Assembly: GCF_036365525.1 (NCBI RefSeq)
Contig: NC_090407.1
Location: 24,332,084-24,396,083, forward strand
Length of the DNA: 64,000 bases
DNA from: Heterodontus francisci
Lineage: Eukaryota
Reading direction: 5' to 3'
A program made the translations under genes and the position numbers. The stretch's first letter is position 1. The number at the start of each line of letters is the position of its first letter. Shown here one piece after another: positions 23,559 through 35,800 of the stretch. The notes under the pieces are model-generated. The model was not told the origin of the DNA. It made no database searches and saw nothing but the letters and a program-made list of their open reading frames with translations.

Positions 23559-24485
23559 ATGGAATTTGAAACGTCAACTCAGCTCATATTTTATGGGCTG
23601 CTGGTGTTTCTGGGGATTTTGGGGAATATCTTGGTCTTGGTGACAATATTAGCCACAACCGTGGAAAACCATGGCCTTGCCGCTTCTGACATCATTCTAA
23701 CCAACCTGGCAGCTGTCAACCTGCTAATTTCAACTTTTCGAAACATCCTGCTCTTTATTACAGAGTCGGGGGTGAATATTTTGCTAACCCTCAACTGGTG
23801 CAAAGTGTTCATGTTCCTTTGGGTGTGGCTGAAGTCTGTCAGTGTCTGGGTAACTTTCTGTCTTAGTTGCTTCCACTTTCTCAAGATTAAACAACACTTC
23901 CATTTAAGCACAAAGATGAAGGAGATTATGTATGTGTTGACGATATTATTTGCAGTATGGTTTGTTAATTTTCTATATGCAATCCCAGCTTTTATTTACA
24001 CCCAGACTGTAAGTGGAAACGAGACGAGGACTCTGATGGTGGTGAGCACCACCATGGAACCTTTCCTGGGCTGTGGCTGGAAGTTCCCAACTCTAGAAAG
24101 CGGCATAATATTTGCGACATTCTCTCTCATCCTTCAAGAACTCATACCCATCGTACTCATGATCAGCACCAATCTCAGCACTGTGTATTACCTCAATAAA
24201 CACATCAGAGCGATCGCAGACGAGCACTTGCACAGCGTGCAGATAGAGAGGACAGCAACCAAGTTGATCATGGCACTAGTGACGCTGTTTGTCCTGTGTT
24301 CAGGCACCCACTTGTTGGCTGTGAGTTACTACAATCACAATGGGGGGCCATCCACCGCCTTTTTGTTGACCTTGGCTAAGTACTGTGCCTCGGTATTTAT
24401 AGGCTTCAGTCCTCTGCTACTAGCTGCAGGACACAGCAAGCTGCGCAATAAAGTTTGCAAAGTGTTACACATTAAAATATTCTAA
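23559..24485 (+). CDS. ora4: Vomeronasal type-1 (V1R/ORA) receptor of the ORA3/ORA4 clade, closest to ORA4; single coding exon, 308 aa
   Basis: Intact ORF with seven hydrophobic segments and ORA3/4 motifs GLLVFLGILGN, SDIIL, WCKVFMFLWVW, GNETRTLMVVSTT.PFLGC.WKFPT, KHIR, YYNHN and GFSPLLLAAGHSKLR. A splice acceptor (ttttgttatctttttcag) ends at 23518, implying an upstream non-coding exon. ORA4 versus ORA3 needs a phylogeny. Confidence 0.9.
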   Translation: MEFETSTQLIFYGLLVFLGILGNILVLVTILATTVENHGLAASDIILTNLAAVNLLISTFRNILLFITESGVNILLTLNWCKVFMFLWVWLKSVSVWVTFCLSCFHFLKIKQHFHLSTKMKEIMYVLTILFAVWFVNFLYAIPAFIYTQTVSGNETRTLMVVSTTMEPFLGCGWKFPTLESGIIFATFSLILQELIPIVLMISTNLSTVYYLNKHIRAIADEHLHSVQIERTATKLIMALVTLFVLCSGTHLLAVSYYNHNGGPSTAFLLTLAKYCASVFIGFSPLLLAAGHSKLRNKVCKVLHIKIF

Positions 24486-24914
24486 TTTTTTTAAAAAGGC
24501 ATCACAGTTCTTAACAATTAGTATTGAGGTTAGATATCTGAGGAATGATAATTATACATTTAAATTGTGAAACAACACTGTGTCCTGTTAATCAGCCTTC
24601 AGTTTAGGTTCCTGTTGCTCTGATCCATTTTCCCTCCTCCAGAATCTCCTGCTTCCGTCTCATTTGGATTTGCCACCTTTTTCACTTCAGCTTATCCCTC
24701 TCTCTCCTTTACAAATACTTGCCTCTTTGCTTTAAACAGAACAAACCTTAGTTTGATGTTTTTCCAGGTGTCCATTTTTACACTCACTATACCCTTGTTA
24801 TTCTTCAATTTTCTAGCTAAGTTGAATGTACTGAGCCATCACACTCAGGAAGGTCCCACGTTTGAATTCCCAGTCAATATGCTGAGTTAGCAGATGCAGG
24901 GCCAGTGGTACTGG

Positions 24915-25050
24915 TAGCCTCCAAGTCAGAAAGTTACGGGCTCAAGTCCCACTCCAGAGACTCCATAATCCAGGCTGACACTCTAGTAGAATACTGAGGG
25001 AGTGCTGCACAGATGGAAGCGCTGTCTTTTGGATGAGATGTTAAATTGAG
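24915..25050 (+). mobile_element. SacSINE1/Deu-domain SINE, 5' fragment
   Basis: Matches the first part of the longer copy at 35475-35925 (caagtcccactccagaga...tttggatgagatgttaaa). Confidence 0.65.
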
Positions 25051-25052
25051 AT

Positions 25053-25215
25053 AAAAGCAAAATACTCCGGATGCTGGAAATCTGAAATGAAAACAGGAAG
25101 TGCTGGAAATACTCAGCTGGTCTGGCAGCATCTGTGGAGAGAGAAACAGAGTTAACGTTTCAGGTCAGACCTTTCATCAGAACTGGCAAAGGTTAGAAAT
25201 GTAATCGGCTTTGAG
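25053..25215 (-). mobile_element. Penelope-like-element terminal repeat fragment; further copies at about 34470-34560 (-), 40464-40602 (-) and 50968-51100 (+)
   Basis: Homologous to the 3' end of the Penelope-like element at 55345-56077 (gaaacgttaactctgtttctct...cagatgctgccagacc.gctgagt). Confidence 0.75.
25150..25184 (-). ncRNA. Minimal type I hammerhead ribozyme motif
   Basis: The minus strand reads agtt-CTGATGA-a-aggtc-t-gacct-GAAA-CGTT-aact: both catalytic boxes, helix I (agtt/aact), helix II and the palindromic helix-III remnant typical of Penelope hammerheads. Activity is untested. Confidence 0.65.
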
Positions 25216-25689
25216 CAAGTTTTTTCACTTGCTGGTGGCCCCCTCTTCACATTGGGTAGCCCTCAAGCACAGTGCTTTATCAGAAAGCATTGTCAGCTTA
25301 TTAAAATATAAGACAGACGGGTTGCCTGATGGATCAAGTAGACAGGTAGCTCTGTGTTTGAGAAATGCAAAGACGACTGAACATGTACTGATATCGACAA
25401 CATTTTTTTACAAGGAGATATTTCATTCTGAGTGCTGCTCCACTGAGCTCTCGGGATACTCATAGTTCAGTAGCTCCATCTTGTGTTTCATCCAGGTTCA
25501 GCTGCTCTGCAATGATGTATTTTTGCTGTTTGTCTTTCTTTCCACAGCTCTCAAAGCAATAGAAAGTTGTTTAAAAAAATCAATATTACAGAAGCTAAAT
25601 AGTGTATCAATGAATGCAACAGAGTAAATTACATCATTTATTGCCGCTATTACTCATTTATCATGTATTTTGAAATGAACATACCCAAT

Positions 25690-26200
25690 CACGGTGGAAC
25701 AGTAATAAACAAAATGCATAGAATGCTGAATTATGTTGCTAGATCAGTTGAATACAACCAAGAAAGAATTACCCTAAAATTGTACAGTTCACTGTTCAGG
25801 CTACACCTTGAATACTGGGTGTGGTTTTGGTCAAAAGGACTTAAGGGAAATATTCAATTCCTAAAGACTGTGAAGAGAAGGCCCAAAAGGACGATCCCTA
25901 GTGTGAGAGAGAATTGATTTTGAGTAAAGATTGGAGAAACTGGGGGTCTTTACCTTTCAGTGAAGATGACTATTAGGAAACCTTATAGAAGTATACAATA
26001 TATTAAATGGTATAGGCTAGATAAATTTGGTACATTGCCTCAGAAATGCCAGGACACTAGAACATGGGTATATGGGTTAAAACTGGTGAAAGGAATGTTG
26101 AGGACAGATATCAGGAATCATTTCTTTATGCAAAGAGCAATCAACACCTGTAGTGATTCCTGGTACAAAAAAAACCTGGAATCCTTCAATAGACAATAAA
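25690..26200 (+). mobile_element. CR1-type LINE ORF2 3' fragment
   Basis: Translates LKLYSSLFRLHLEYWVWFWS and LRTDIRNHFFMQRAINT, matching CR1 C-terminal motifs. Confidence 0.7.
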
Positions 26201-27611
26201 ATGACATGATGGGTGTGTGTGTGTGTTTTAATCTGATAGATGAGCGAAAATGATACTGTCATACATACCTATCTTGTGATTTTACCTATATTGCTATGAT
26301 TAATAAAACTCCAATTAATCCATGTACATTGTTCTTCATGTGCTTGCATTACTTCAAGAGTTTTTGTTATTGACTATTCACCTGTGACATCCACATCGAG
26401 TTGTGTAGGAACCAATTTTCACACCATCTGGGATTTTACCACTTAACTACTGACAGGTAGTGAACTGCAATCTTGCCCCTAAATTTCACATCACTGCACC
26501 TATCCAACCTGTTTTAACACAGAGGTGAATGTTTATCAAAAGTCAGCTAAAAACATCACTCATTAGCTCATTATTATAGATACAGCAAATGAACTTAAAC
26601 CCGCACATTTTGGCACTCAATACTTTATACCACCAGCAATCAGACTCCTGTTTCTTAAGCGAATTTACATTTTTAAATATAATTTTCACTATGAAAAGTG
26701 TTTTGACTTTGATTGTTCCGCTGTTTCCAAGCAATTTAGGGAATCCCATACACTAGTTTGCTTTATGGAGATAATTTTTAGGTTTGTAATGCCAAAAGGA
26801 AAGCCTGTGTTCTCAACTAACCAAATACCAAGTGAGGAACTTTTAGGTGCTTTGAAGCATATTTTGCTGTCGCTTTCTATTATTGTGCTTGATACAGAGA
26901 AGTAGACTACCAGTCCTTGATGTTATTGCATACACAGTAAGCTCTTGATCAAGTGAGTCATCATCAGGAAGCTGTAAAGTGGACATAAGGGCCTTCCACA
27001 CATAGGGTAAGACGTGGTCATCGATCAGCCTATCCGTGTACAACTCTCAAAAGTTAGTTATTATAGTAATCTAAGTACAGTTTTCAACCAAAGAATCCAA
27101 AATGAAGCTGAACCCTGTAAAACATCGAGGGAACATTGCTGGCTGGTTCCCAATGTTCCAGGAACATCTAGGATTAACTACCTGACATCCTGACAGTGGA
27201 ACATAGGATCAGGAGTAGGCCATTGAGCCCCTCAAGCCTCTTCCGGAATGTCTCCCTATCTGTAGCAAATTGTAAAACATTTCAGAAGATAAGCATTGCC
27301 CAGAAACTAAATTTGAACTTGTACACATCATTGATCCAACATATCATGCTGTGAATTCACAGGTTACATTTGTAGTTCTCCTGACAGTGAGATGTGCTTT
27401 GTAACATGGGCGGTGATCGAAAGTGGGAATAAGACACAGAGAATGACCATACCTCACACAACTGACCCATGGTATCAGACCTGTGGTCACCACCTTACAC
27501 ACCTACTTACTTACCAGAACAGACTAGAACAGATAACATTCTTGTGCTATTAACTAGTGAACTGTGCAAGGTGTGGCTGTCTGGAGCGCTGCAAAGGTAA
27601 GCAGGGAAAAT

Positions 27612-28005
27612 CTTAACTTACATTTATATAGCACCTTTAACATAGTAAAACATTAAAAGATGCTTCGCAGGAGCATTAACAAACAAAATTTGACACTGAG
27701 TCACATAAGGAGATATTAGGACAGATGAACAAAAGCTTGGGCAAAGGAGTAGCTTTTAAGAAGCGTCTTAAAGGAGGAAAGAGAGGTCGATATGTGGAAG
27801 AGAATATTAAAATTGAGGCATTGCTGGATCAGGGGCCAATGTAGGTCAGCAAGCATGGGACAAAGGATGAATGCGACTTGGTGCAAGTTAAGATACAGGC
27901 AGCAGAGTTTTGGATGAGCTCACTTTTATGGAGGGTGGAAGGTGGGAGGCCAGCCAGAAGAGCATTAAAATAGTCAACTGCTAGGTAACAAAGGCATGAA
28001 TGTAC
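27612..28005 (-). mobile_element. L2-type LINE 3' fragment; related pieces at about 31430-31787 (+), 40876-41150 (-), 54470-55310 (-) and 57033-57345 (-)
   Basis: The minus strand translates DYFNALLAGLPPSTLHKSELIQNSAACILT (L2 ORF2 C-terminal motif). The copies share the tail gctatataaatgcaa. Confidence 0.7.
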
Positions 28006-28899
28006 ATTAAATAGATTGAAGAAATCACATTTTCCCCTTCCTTCCGTGACAGGGTTGACGCTTGCTGACAGCACTTCCACAGGTACCTCCCATTCTCAGG
28101 TACCTCACCAAAATAACAATACTCTTCATGTCTTAACTTAGCAGATATCAGCAGGTTATTTGATTGTTATAGGGGCATCACAGTCGAGCTCATTTCTGTC
28201 TCACTTAATGTTCACAATTCTCACTTTCCAGCAGGGATCACTCAACAGTGATCAGGACAAGGCACCTGGGTTAATTTTTCACTTACCTTGCCTGGAGCAG
28301 TGTAACCAATTGCATTGCCCCAACTAACTCAGCACAGGTTGGGATGAAACCAAGACCCCCTCGGTCTGCATAGTTTAGTTCTACGCTGGCCAATGCATGT
28401 ACCCTTTGCTACAAGGGAAAAGTTAATTTTAAACAAAACTAGAAATTATTTGTATTTGCACCAAGTGACAGAGAAACCTAATCTTGTGGCTTGTTTACAT
28501 GCATAAATTTTGCTGCGTGGAGACAGTTAAACTTTTAAGTGGTTGAAACACCAAAATGCAGTATGGATCAGCACTAAATTAGAAAGAGACTTACTCACAA
28601 AGGCAAGATAAAATATCAAATTAATTTAAGAGTGTGCAGACAGAATAGGCTGGGGATGGATTGTAATTGAGACAGGATCAAATTAGATTGGAAGAGACTG
28701 GAATTTTGACAGGTTGGTGCTGGGATTGAGAGAGGTTGAGTTAGGATAAAAATGGATTATGATTGGGACAGGCTGGGATTCGAGTAGGCTGGGGCTGGAT
28801 GAGATTAGTTTAAGGAGTGGAGTAGGTTAAGATTGTTTTCGGAATGGATTAGCACCAGACGGCATTGAGTTAAGGTTCAGGTTAAGAATAGATGACTTT

Positions 28900-29400
28900 T
28901 GGTTGACTGGGTGGTTGAGGTTCTCCCGGCCCTGCGGTGGGGAAGCTGAGCCGTGGTTTCGCTCCTGGTGAGTTGGGCGGTAGTTCCAGGCTGTGTGGCC
29001 TAGGCCTCCCGCTACTTCCCAGGGGTGGGTACTAGCCAGCCGCTGCCTTACTGCGGGCCGAGGCTGTTTGGAGGTGAGGGTGAGTGAAGCCGCAGGATCA
29101 GGCCACTTGGGGCCTCCAAGCCTCTGGCTCAATGCGAGGGAGGCCGGGCTGTACTCGTTCCGGGCCCCCGCCTCCATTATCATTTTTTTTTTTAAAACGG
29201 CGAAGGTGGAGATGGCCGACGCCGGTCACCTCTGGCAGGCGACGCCAGTACGCAAGCCCGAGGCTTCAGACTTGACTCCAGGCCCTGCTTGAAAAGAATA
29301 AAACCCGCAACGGCAGCTCCTGTTGCGTCAAAGATTATCACAATGTGGCGGGGCTGAGCTCAGCCTGTCCGACTTCACTCTATAACATAACGTCATGTAA
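28900..29400 (+). promoter_or_regulatory. CpG island / probable OTUD3 promoter and non-coding first exon
   Basis: Local GC and CpG enrichment with no TIRs or TSD. Contains a GC box (gggcgg near 28975), CRE-like tgcgtca and acgtca sites and candidate donors (gtgagt near 28968 and 29080), with a strong acceptor ending at 29463. Confidence 0.65.
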
Positions 29401-29679
29401 TATAATAGTTGCCCAGCCTACCTCCCCTCTCAATACATAACTTTTATTTTCTCTTTTTTTCAGGATTTGGGAGTCGCTCCTTCATCTCGCGTGGCAGACA
29501 GGAGTGAGAGCCTTGACTCTGGCTCCCTGCTTTAAATTTAATTTCTTGCTCTCGAGTCCAGCTCTTGCATCTGTCTAGGACTAGTTTGCTGTGTCACCAT
29601 GGTGACACCCTGCCCTCTGGCCCTTTGGCTCTAATCCTGGTTCATCCTCTGCAGCTTCCATGCTCCTGGTTTGTGAGCC

Positions 29680-29882
29680 ATGTCCAAAAAACAAGTTGTT
29701 AAAAGCAGGACTAATAAGAAACTGGATTTGGAACGGAAAAGGGACGAGAAGGCGGTGAGAAGAGCCCTGGCCAAGGAGAGGAAGAACAGGGCCCAGGAGG
29801 GGACAGAGGATGAGGAGTTTGCCAGCTTTGCTAACCAGCTGCTGGCAATGGGACTAAAACTTCGGGAGGTTCCTGGTGATGG
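29680..29882 (+). CDS. OTUD3: OTUD3 coding exon 1
   Basis: [10 protein letters not shown]...[24 protein letters not shown]; donor gtaag at 29883. Confidence 0.95.
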
Positions 29883-32800
29883 GTAAGAAACAGGTTGTTA
29901 TCACACAGTCATAGCATGTCTAGAAGCTGTAGCATAAACCAGTTTTGATATATTGACCTTTTAAAACTAGTGGTTAATGCTAATCGTGTCTTTGATTCAA
30001 TAACTTTCCATAATTCATAACTTTGGTATCTGAGTTGTCTCCAAGTTGAGGGTAGGATTTAAACTTTTTTTCCACAAGTGTAAGACATTTGCTGAGTATC
30101 TCTGAGCTGTCTTGCATTGGAAGAGTTGAGAATGCTGTAACTCAGCGTTTTCCTCTAAAACTGCATTTACACAGCACACCAATTTGAGAGTAAATCGTTC
30201 GCTTCTTTACTCTGAGTATGGAGATCAAGATTACTCTGTCGAAAGGGTTTGGTCTGAGTTTAAAACCCCCAACTGCTGAGAATGTCATTTGCAAATTCCA
30301 GGGCTGTGAAAATAAGATCTGGCTTTGTGTTTACACAACACAACTTTTATCGAAACTGCTTTGCTTCAAACCTAAAGTTGGTGTGTACACTCAAGCATTT
30401 GTTATAAATGTTATATGGACTATTTTTTTTTTATTTCCAAAATATACTTTATTCATAAAAATCTGTAAAAATTACATTGCCAAACAGTACCAAAAAATAC
30501 AAACATTGCAAGGGAGATCCGTTTCCTTCAATACTGTCATGAGTTTCTTCCCAACCCTTCCGTTTCACAATTGTCATGTCAATTACAGTTTTACATTTAC
30601 AGCAATTCAGAATATTAACGATACAGTTCGAGGGGTTTCCCATGGATCCAGCCCCTCAGTCCAGCTTGGTGTTATGGACTATTGATTGACAGTTCTTGAG
30701 GCTGGATTCTTTCTGCTTTGTTGCTGCCTTCCCTCAAGGCCGAGGTCATGTTTTCTCCTCCTGGTTTGAGTTAAAGTGTCTGATTTTAAAATATTGTGAC
30801 AATGCATTCAGTACCTCGCTGTCGTTTGGATAGATGGACCTTCCACTGCATATTTCAGTGACTTTTAAGATTTGCATCTCACATTTTGATATTCCTGAGC
30901 ATGCAAATTAAGCTGTGCATTATCAGTTGAACATTTCATCTGCTCATATTGAGCTCCTCTGCTTTCTGTTTTAGCTGAATTGTTAACCTGTTAATACAGT
31001 GGAGAAAGGAATTTGACGGTCATATTAAACATACATATGATCTCACATAGGGCAATTTGCAGGTTTTGATCCTGAATGTGCCATGATGTAAGCAAGGGCA
31101 GATGAGAGTGTGATGAGGCTCAATAACAGTGTGGCACAAACAACATCCCAGACCTCCAGAGTTACTTGTGTTCTTGTCCGAGGGCTCAAACTGTGTTACA
31201 TAACTATGTATTTATGAGCTGCTGTTCCCTTGAAACATGATATGAAAAATAAATCACTGCCATTTCAGTTGAAATTGTGGGAGCTGGAGCCACAACATTC
31301 TGTAAAAATATTTGATGTGAGGATTTTAAAACTTTCTCAAATCCAAATAAAATAGCTACAGGCCATGGGTTTCTCCATATACGTCATACAGAATAGATTC
31401 AGACCATGGCTGCTTGTATACTTTATGCCGAATAGTGTTCCCTTTGTGGCCTTGCCTTCTGATCTCTGTAACCTCCTCCAGTCCTACAACCTGCCACCTC
31501 CACGCCTAACTCTCCATTTCTCTGACTGACCTGTGTATCCCTTCCTCCATTCACCCCACTGCTGGTGGCCTTGTCTTCATTCACATAGGCTTCACATTCT
31601 GGAATTCTCTCTCCATCTTCCTTTCCTTCTTTAAGACCTTCTTTAAAATCCAACTCTTTGACCAGGCTTTTGGTTACCCTTCCTAATAATATCAGTGGCT
31701 CAGCGTCCACTTTTATCAAGATTGCGTCTCTGTAAAGTGCCTGGAGATATTTCTCTACGTTAACGGTGCTATATAAATGCCAATTGTAGATCCCAGCTGT
31801 GAGCTCCCTGTATACATCATACAGAATAGATCCAGGCTGTGATTTCACTTGTATATTTATACAGACGTACATACTATATGAAGGGTATAGTACATCCCAC
31901 CATGGTAGCTGGAATTGAAAGCTAGTTTCAGACATGGTGCCATGAAACTATCATCGATTGTCTTTTAAAAACCCGTCTGGTTCACTTATGTCCTTTTTGG
32001 GAAGGAAATCTGCCGTCCTTACCTGGTCTGGTCGACATGTGACTCCAGACCCACAGCAATGTGATTGACTCTTTTAACTGCCCTCTGAAATAGCCTAGCA
32101 AGCCACTTTGTTGTCGATGGCAATTAGGGATGGGCAACAAATGCTGGCCTTGCCAGTGATGCCACATCCCATGAAAGAGTAAAAAAAAACTTAATGTCAT
32201 GGTGACAGAAAAGCTGGTAAAACTTTTGTCACAATTCATGGGCATTGTATCCCCTTGATGTGTTTCAGCCATTTAACTATCTTATATTTATCTTCTTGCA
32301 GCAGTACTTTAAAATGTAGCTCACAGAATTGTACCTCCATTTTTGAAACAGTCTTCAAGATTTTGAATCATAGAATTTACAGCACAAAGAACCATTCAGT
32401 CCATAGCTCTTCAGCTGCAGCTAGCTATTCTAATCCCATTTGCCTGCCCTTTCCCTCCCTTTTTTTTATTTCCCTCCTTTTTTCTAATAATTCTCCAAAT
32501 TTTCCAAACCTTTCCACAGAAGGTGTAAATGGGAAATGCAGAATCATTACCAACAGCTGCTTTACGAGAAATGGGGGCAGAAGTTATCATCTGAAATTGT
32601 TGAACTCAATGTTGAGTCTGGAAGGCTGTAAAATGCCTATAATTGAAAGATGAGGTGCTGTCCCTCAAGCTTACATTGAGCTTCTTTGAAACAGTGTAGT
32701 AGGCCAAAGACAGAGAGGTCAGAGTAGATTGGATTGGACAGAGGAAGATTGGATATCGCACAGTTGAAGGAACAAATCTTCACTGAAAAAAAAACCGTGG

Positions 32801-35800
32801 GCAGAGAAATGGCAGATGCAGTTTAATACATGGAAGTGCAACATAATGTGATTTAGCCTTAGGAAGTTTGATGTGGATTATGTCGCAAATGTGATGTATT
32901 TGAGTTGTTGAAACAAGGGAGAGATCTTGAGGTGTTGGTGGACAGGCCACTTTTTCTGTCAGCTCTGTGTCCCCAGGCTGTTAAAGCCATAGAATGTTGG
33001 GATGCATAGCAAGGGACATGACATAAATCCAGAGAGATAATTTTAAAATTGCATTTGGCCCTGATGAGATCATATCGGAGTAATGCATACCACTTTGGTC
33101 TCCCTGTTGTTACAACTGAGGCGGGAGGAATGCACAGTCTTTCTCTAGTTCCACTTCTCCACAGGTCACAACATGTTTACCAAGTTACCGATACAGTCAA
33201 TCATATGGTCTACTCTTTATCCCGGAAAAGAAAACACCAACCTGGGTTCTTTAATAAACAACAAAATTATCAGTTTATTATAAAACAAGACTTATCTAGT
33301 AAAGGTGAAAAGCATTAACACATAGTTGGACTATGAATGCAAATAGATATACCCTATTTATACACACACATACATATACGCAGGTTGGATTTAAAAAAAA
33401 AAAACCATTTTCTCTGCAGAGGGCTTTTACAAAAAAAAAATACATGGGCCCAAAGACTTGTTAATTCTTGACGGAAACCGAGAAGATATGGAAGGATATT
33501 AGTTATCCTTTGGTCTGGCACCTAGGTATACGGAGACAGGTCACTGGGATCTTTTCAGAAGCAGTTCGTTCTAGAGATGTCGCGAATTAGTCTGGTAGGC
33601 TTTCCAGGAGAAATGTGGCATCGGGTTTCAACAATCACGTTGGATTTGCAGGGTTCTTTAAAGAGGTGGAGAAAGATGAGCTGGGTGTTTCTTTCAGCAG
33701 GCTACAAACCCAACTGCCTTCAAGATAGTCCACACCCCAACAGCAAGTCAAAACCTCCTGACCACCATAAATCTTGACACATCACTTCTCTGTAAACAGC
33801 TCCCCTGACCACCAAGGATCCTGTTTATTTAGCTTAAGGCATGTGACATCCAGACATAAAACTTTAGTGTCTTCTCAGTGACCCTTGTAATAAAAAAAAA
33901 AATCCATGGAATCTTTTCAGTTTTCCAAATGGACCAATGTCCATAATTCTAAAATACGAGTCCTCAAAAAATATTTTGAAAAAAGAAGCACTTTCGTAAC
34001 ACTTTTTCTGTAAAAAATATTCATTTATTGGGAGGGAGTGCAGAGAAGTACTTCATGGTTGACCACAGAATGTAAGCAAATACCATACAGATAAGGATTG
34101 ACTACACTGGGTCTTTTCTTTCTTGATAAAGGGTCTGAGGGATATATGATGGCAGTGGTTTAAAAGATGAAAGGTTTGGACAAATTGGATCCAAGTAAGC
34201 TTTTTGCTGCCTATTGAATGTAAGCACAAAAGCTCATTTATAAATTGAGGACAAACAAGAAAATAGGAAATGCAGGAGGAACTTCTCTTATCAAAAGGAT
34301 GGTCAGTATGTGGAACAGATTACTAGCACGGGTGGTGGAGCAAAATCCATAACTGGTTTCAAGAAGAAACTAGACAGTTTTTGTCAACAAATGGGATTCA
34401 GTGTTAAGCCAACAATCTACAATATTCCCTTGGTGCATTTCTAAGATTGTCTCCAACCTGAAACTAGTCTAAAACGGAAAAATGTTGGAAATACCCAGCA
34501 GGTCAAGCAGCATCTGTGGCGGGAGAAACAGTTAAAGTTTCAGGTCGATGACCTTTCCAGCATGTGCAGTATTTTGCTTTTGCATTAGGCTGAAACTGAT
34601 CTATCCCTTTTTTAAATGGCTGTAGAAGTGTGACAGTGAAGGGTGCTGTGTGGCAGTGGAGTTGTGTGCACAACCCCCTTATCTACAGTTGTGTTGTGTG
34701 CTGAAGCACCTGAGATCTTTTGTTTGGAGAACTGGCTTAACCTGTGAGTGCCCAATGATTGAGTTCTTGGAGAGCATGTGATTTCATAATCCTATGACAA
34801 TCCCTTTGATCCTGGAGTTGCTGATTTTTACCTACTTTAGTTTGGAGTGGCAAAATCAACAAAAAGTCTTAATTTTATTTTATAAGGAATTGTCTATTTC
34901 GTGCTCTTGGCGATCAGCTGGAAGGTCACTCCCGAAACCACTTAAAACACCGGAGAGAAACAGTAGACTTCATGATAAAACATCGGCAAGATTTTGAGCC
35001 ATTTGTAGAAGATGATGTCCCTTTTGATCGATATGGTGAGTCCTAAATGTGATTGTCTCCTTAACCCAAAGTATGACATTAAAATGTGATCGGTGGCCAC
35101 AAGCCGAGTGTACTTCGTGAAGTAGTATGCATGTGTGTGGCAAATGTGTTATCAACATTGCTCTGGTTTCCACCAGATTTACTTATTGTTTAGCCTGGGG
35201 GTAAATGGTGGCCTCCTTCACCTGTGGTTGTCAACAGACTTGCTGTTTGACATGCCCTTCCATTCACCCAATTCAACAAGATTTCCTCATCTGAGATACA
35301 CATGCCATCACTCTGAGGTGTATTGTGTTCATCTGAGATTTCGAGTAACAGTGGCTTAACTCTCAGATTTTCTATTGTAGTGTTACAGATATGATTCTGG
35401 CCTGCACACAATGAACCAGGTGACTCTGGTGAGATGAATGATCTAATTGTATAATTACCAGCTCAACTGAAGTTAGCCGTAACTCGGTGCTACACTCTTG
35501 TCTCTGAGTCAGAAGATGTGAGGGTTCAAGCCCCACGACAGAGATTTGAGCACAAGCTGCAGGCTGATACTTCAATGCAGTACCAAGGGAGTATACGATC
35601 AGAGGTGCTGTCTTTTGGATGAGATATTAAACCAAGGCCCTGTCTGCTCCCTCGAGTGGATGTAAAGCAAAAGAAATTCCATGGCACTATTTGAAGAAGA
35701 GCAGGGAAATTCTCCTGGTATCCCGGTCAATGTTTATCCGTCAACCAATATCACTAATAAAAACAGCTATCCAGTTATTATCTTATTACTGTCTGTGTGC

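Noticed and set aside
28640-28830. Repeated ggctgggatt-like units upstream of the CpG island, considered as a repeat-spacer array
   Set aside because: Irregular low-complexity degenerate repeats with no constant repeat or spacer length. There is no CRISPR-like structure.
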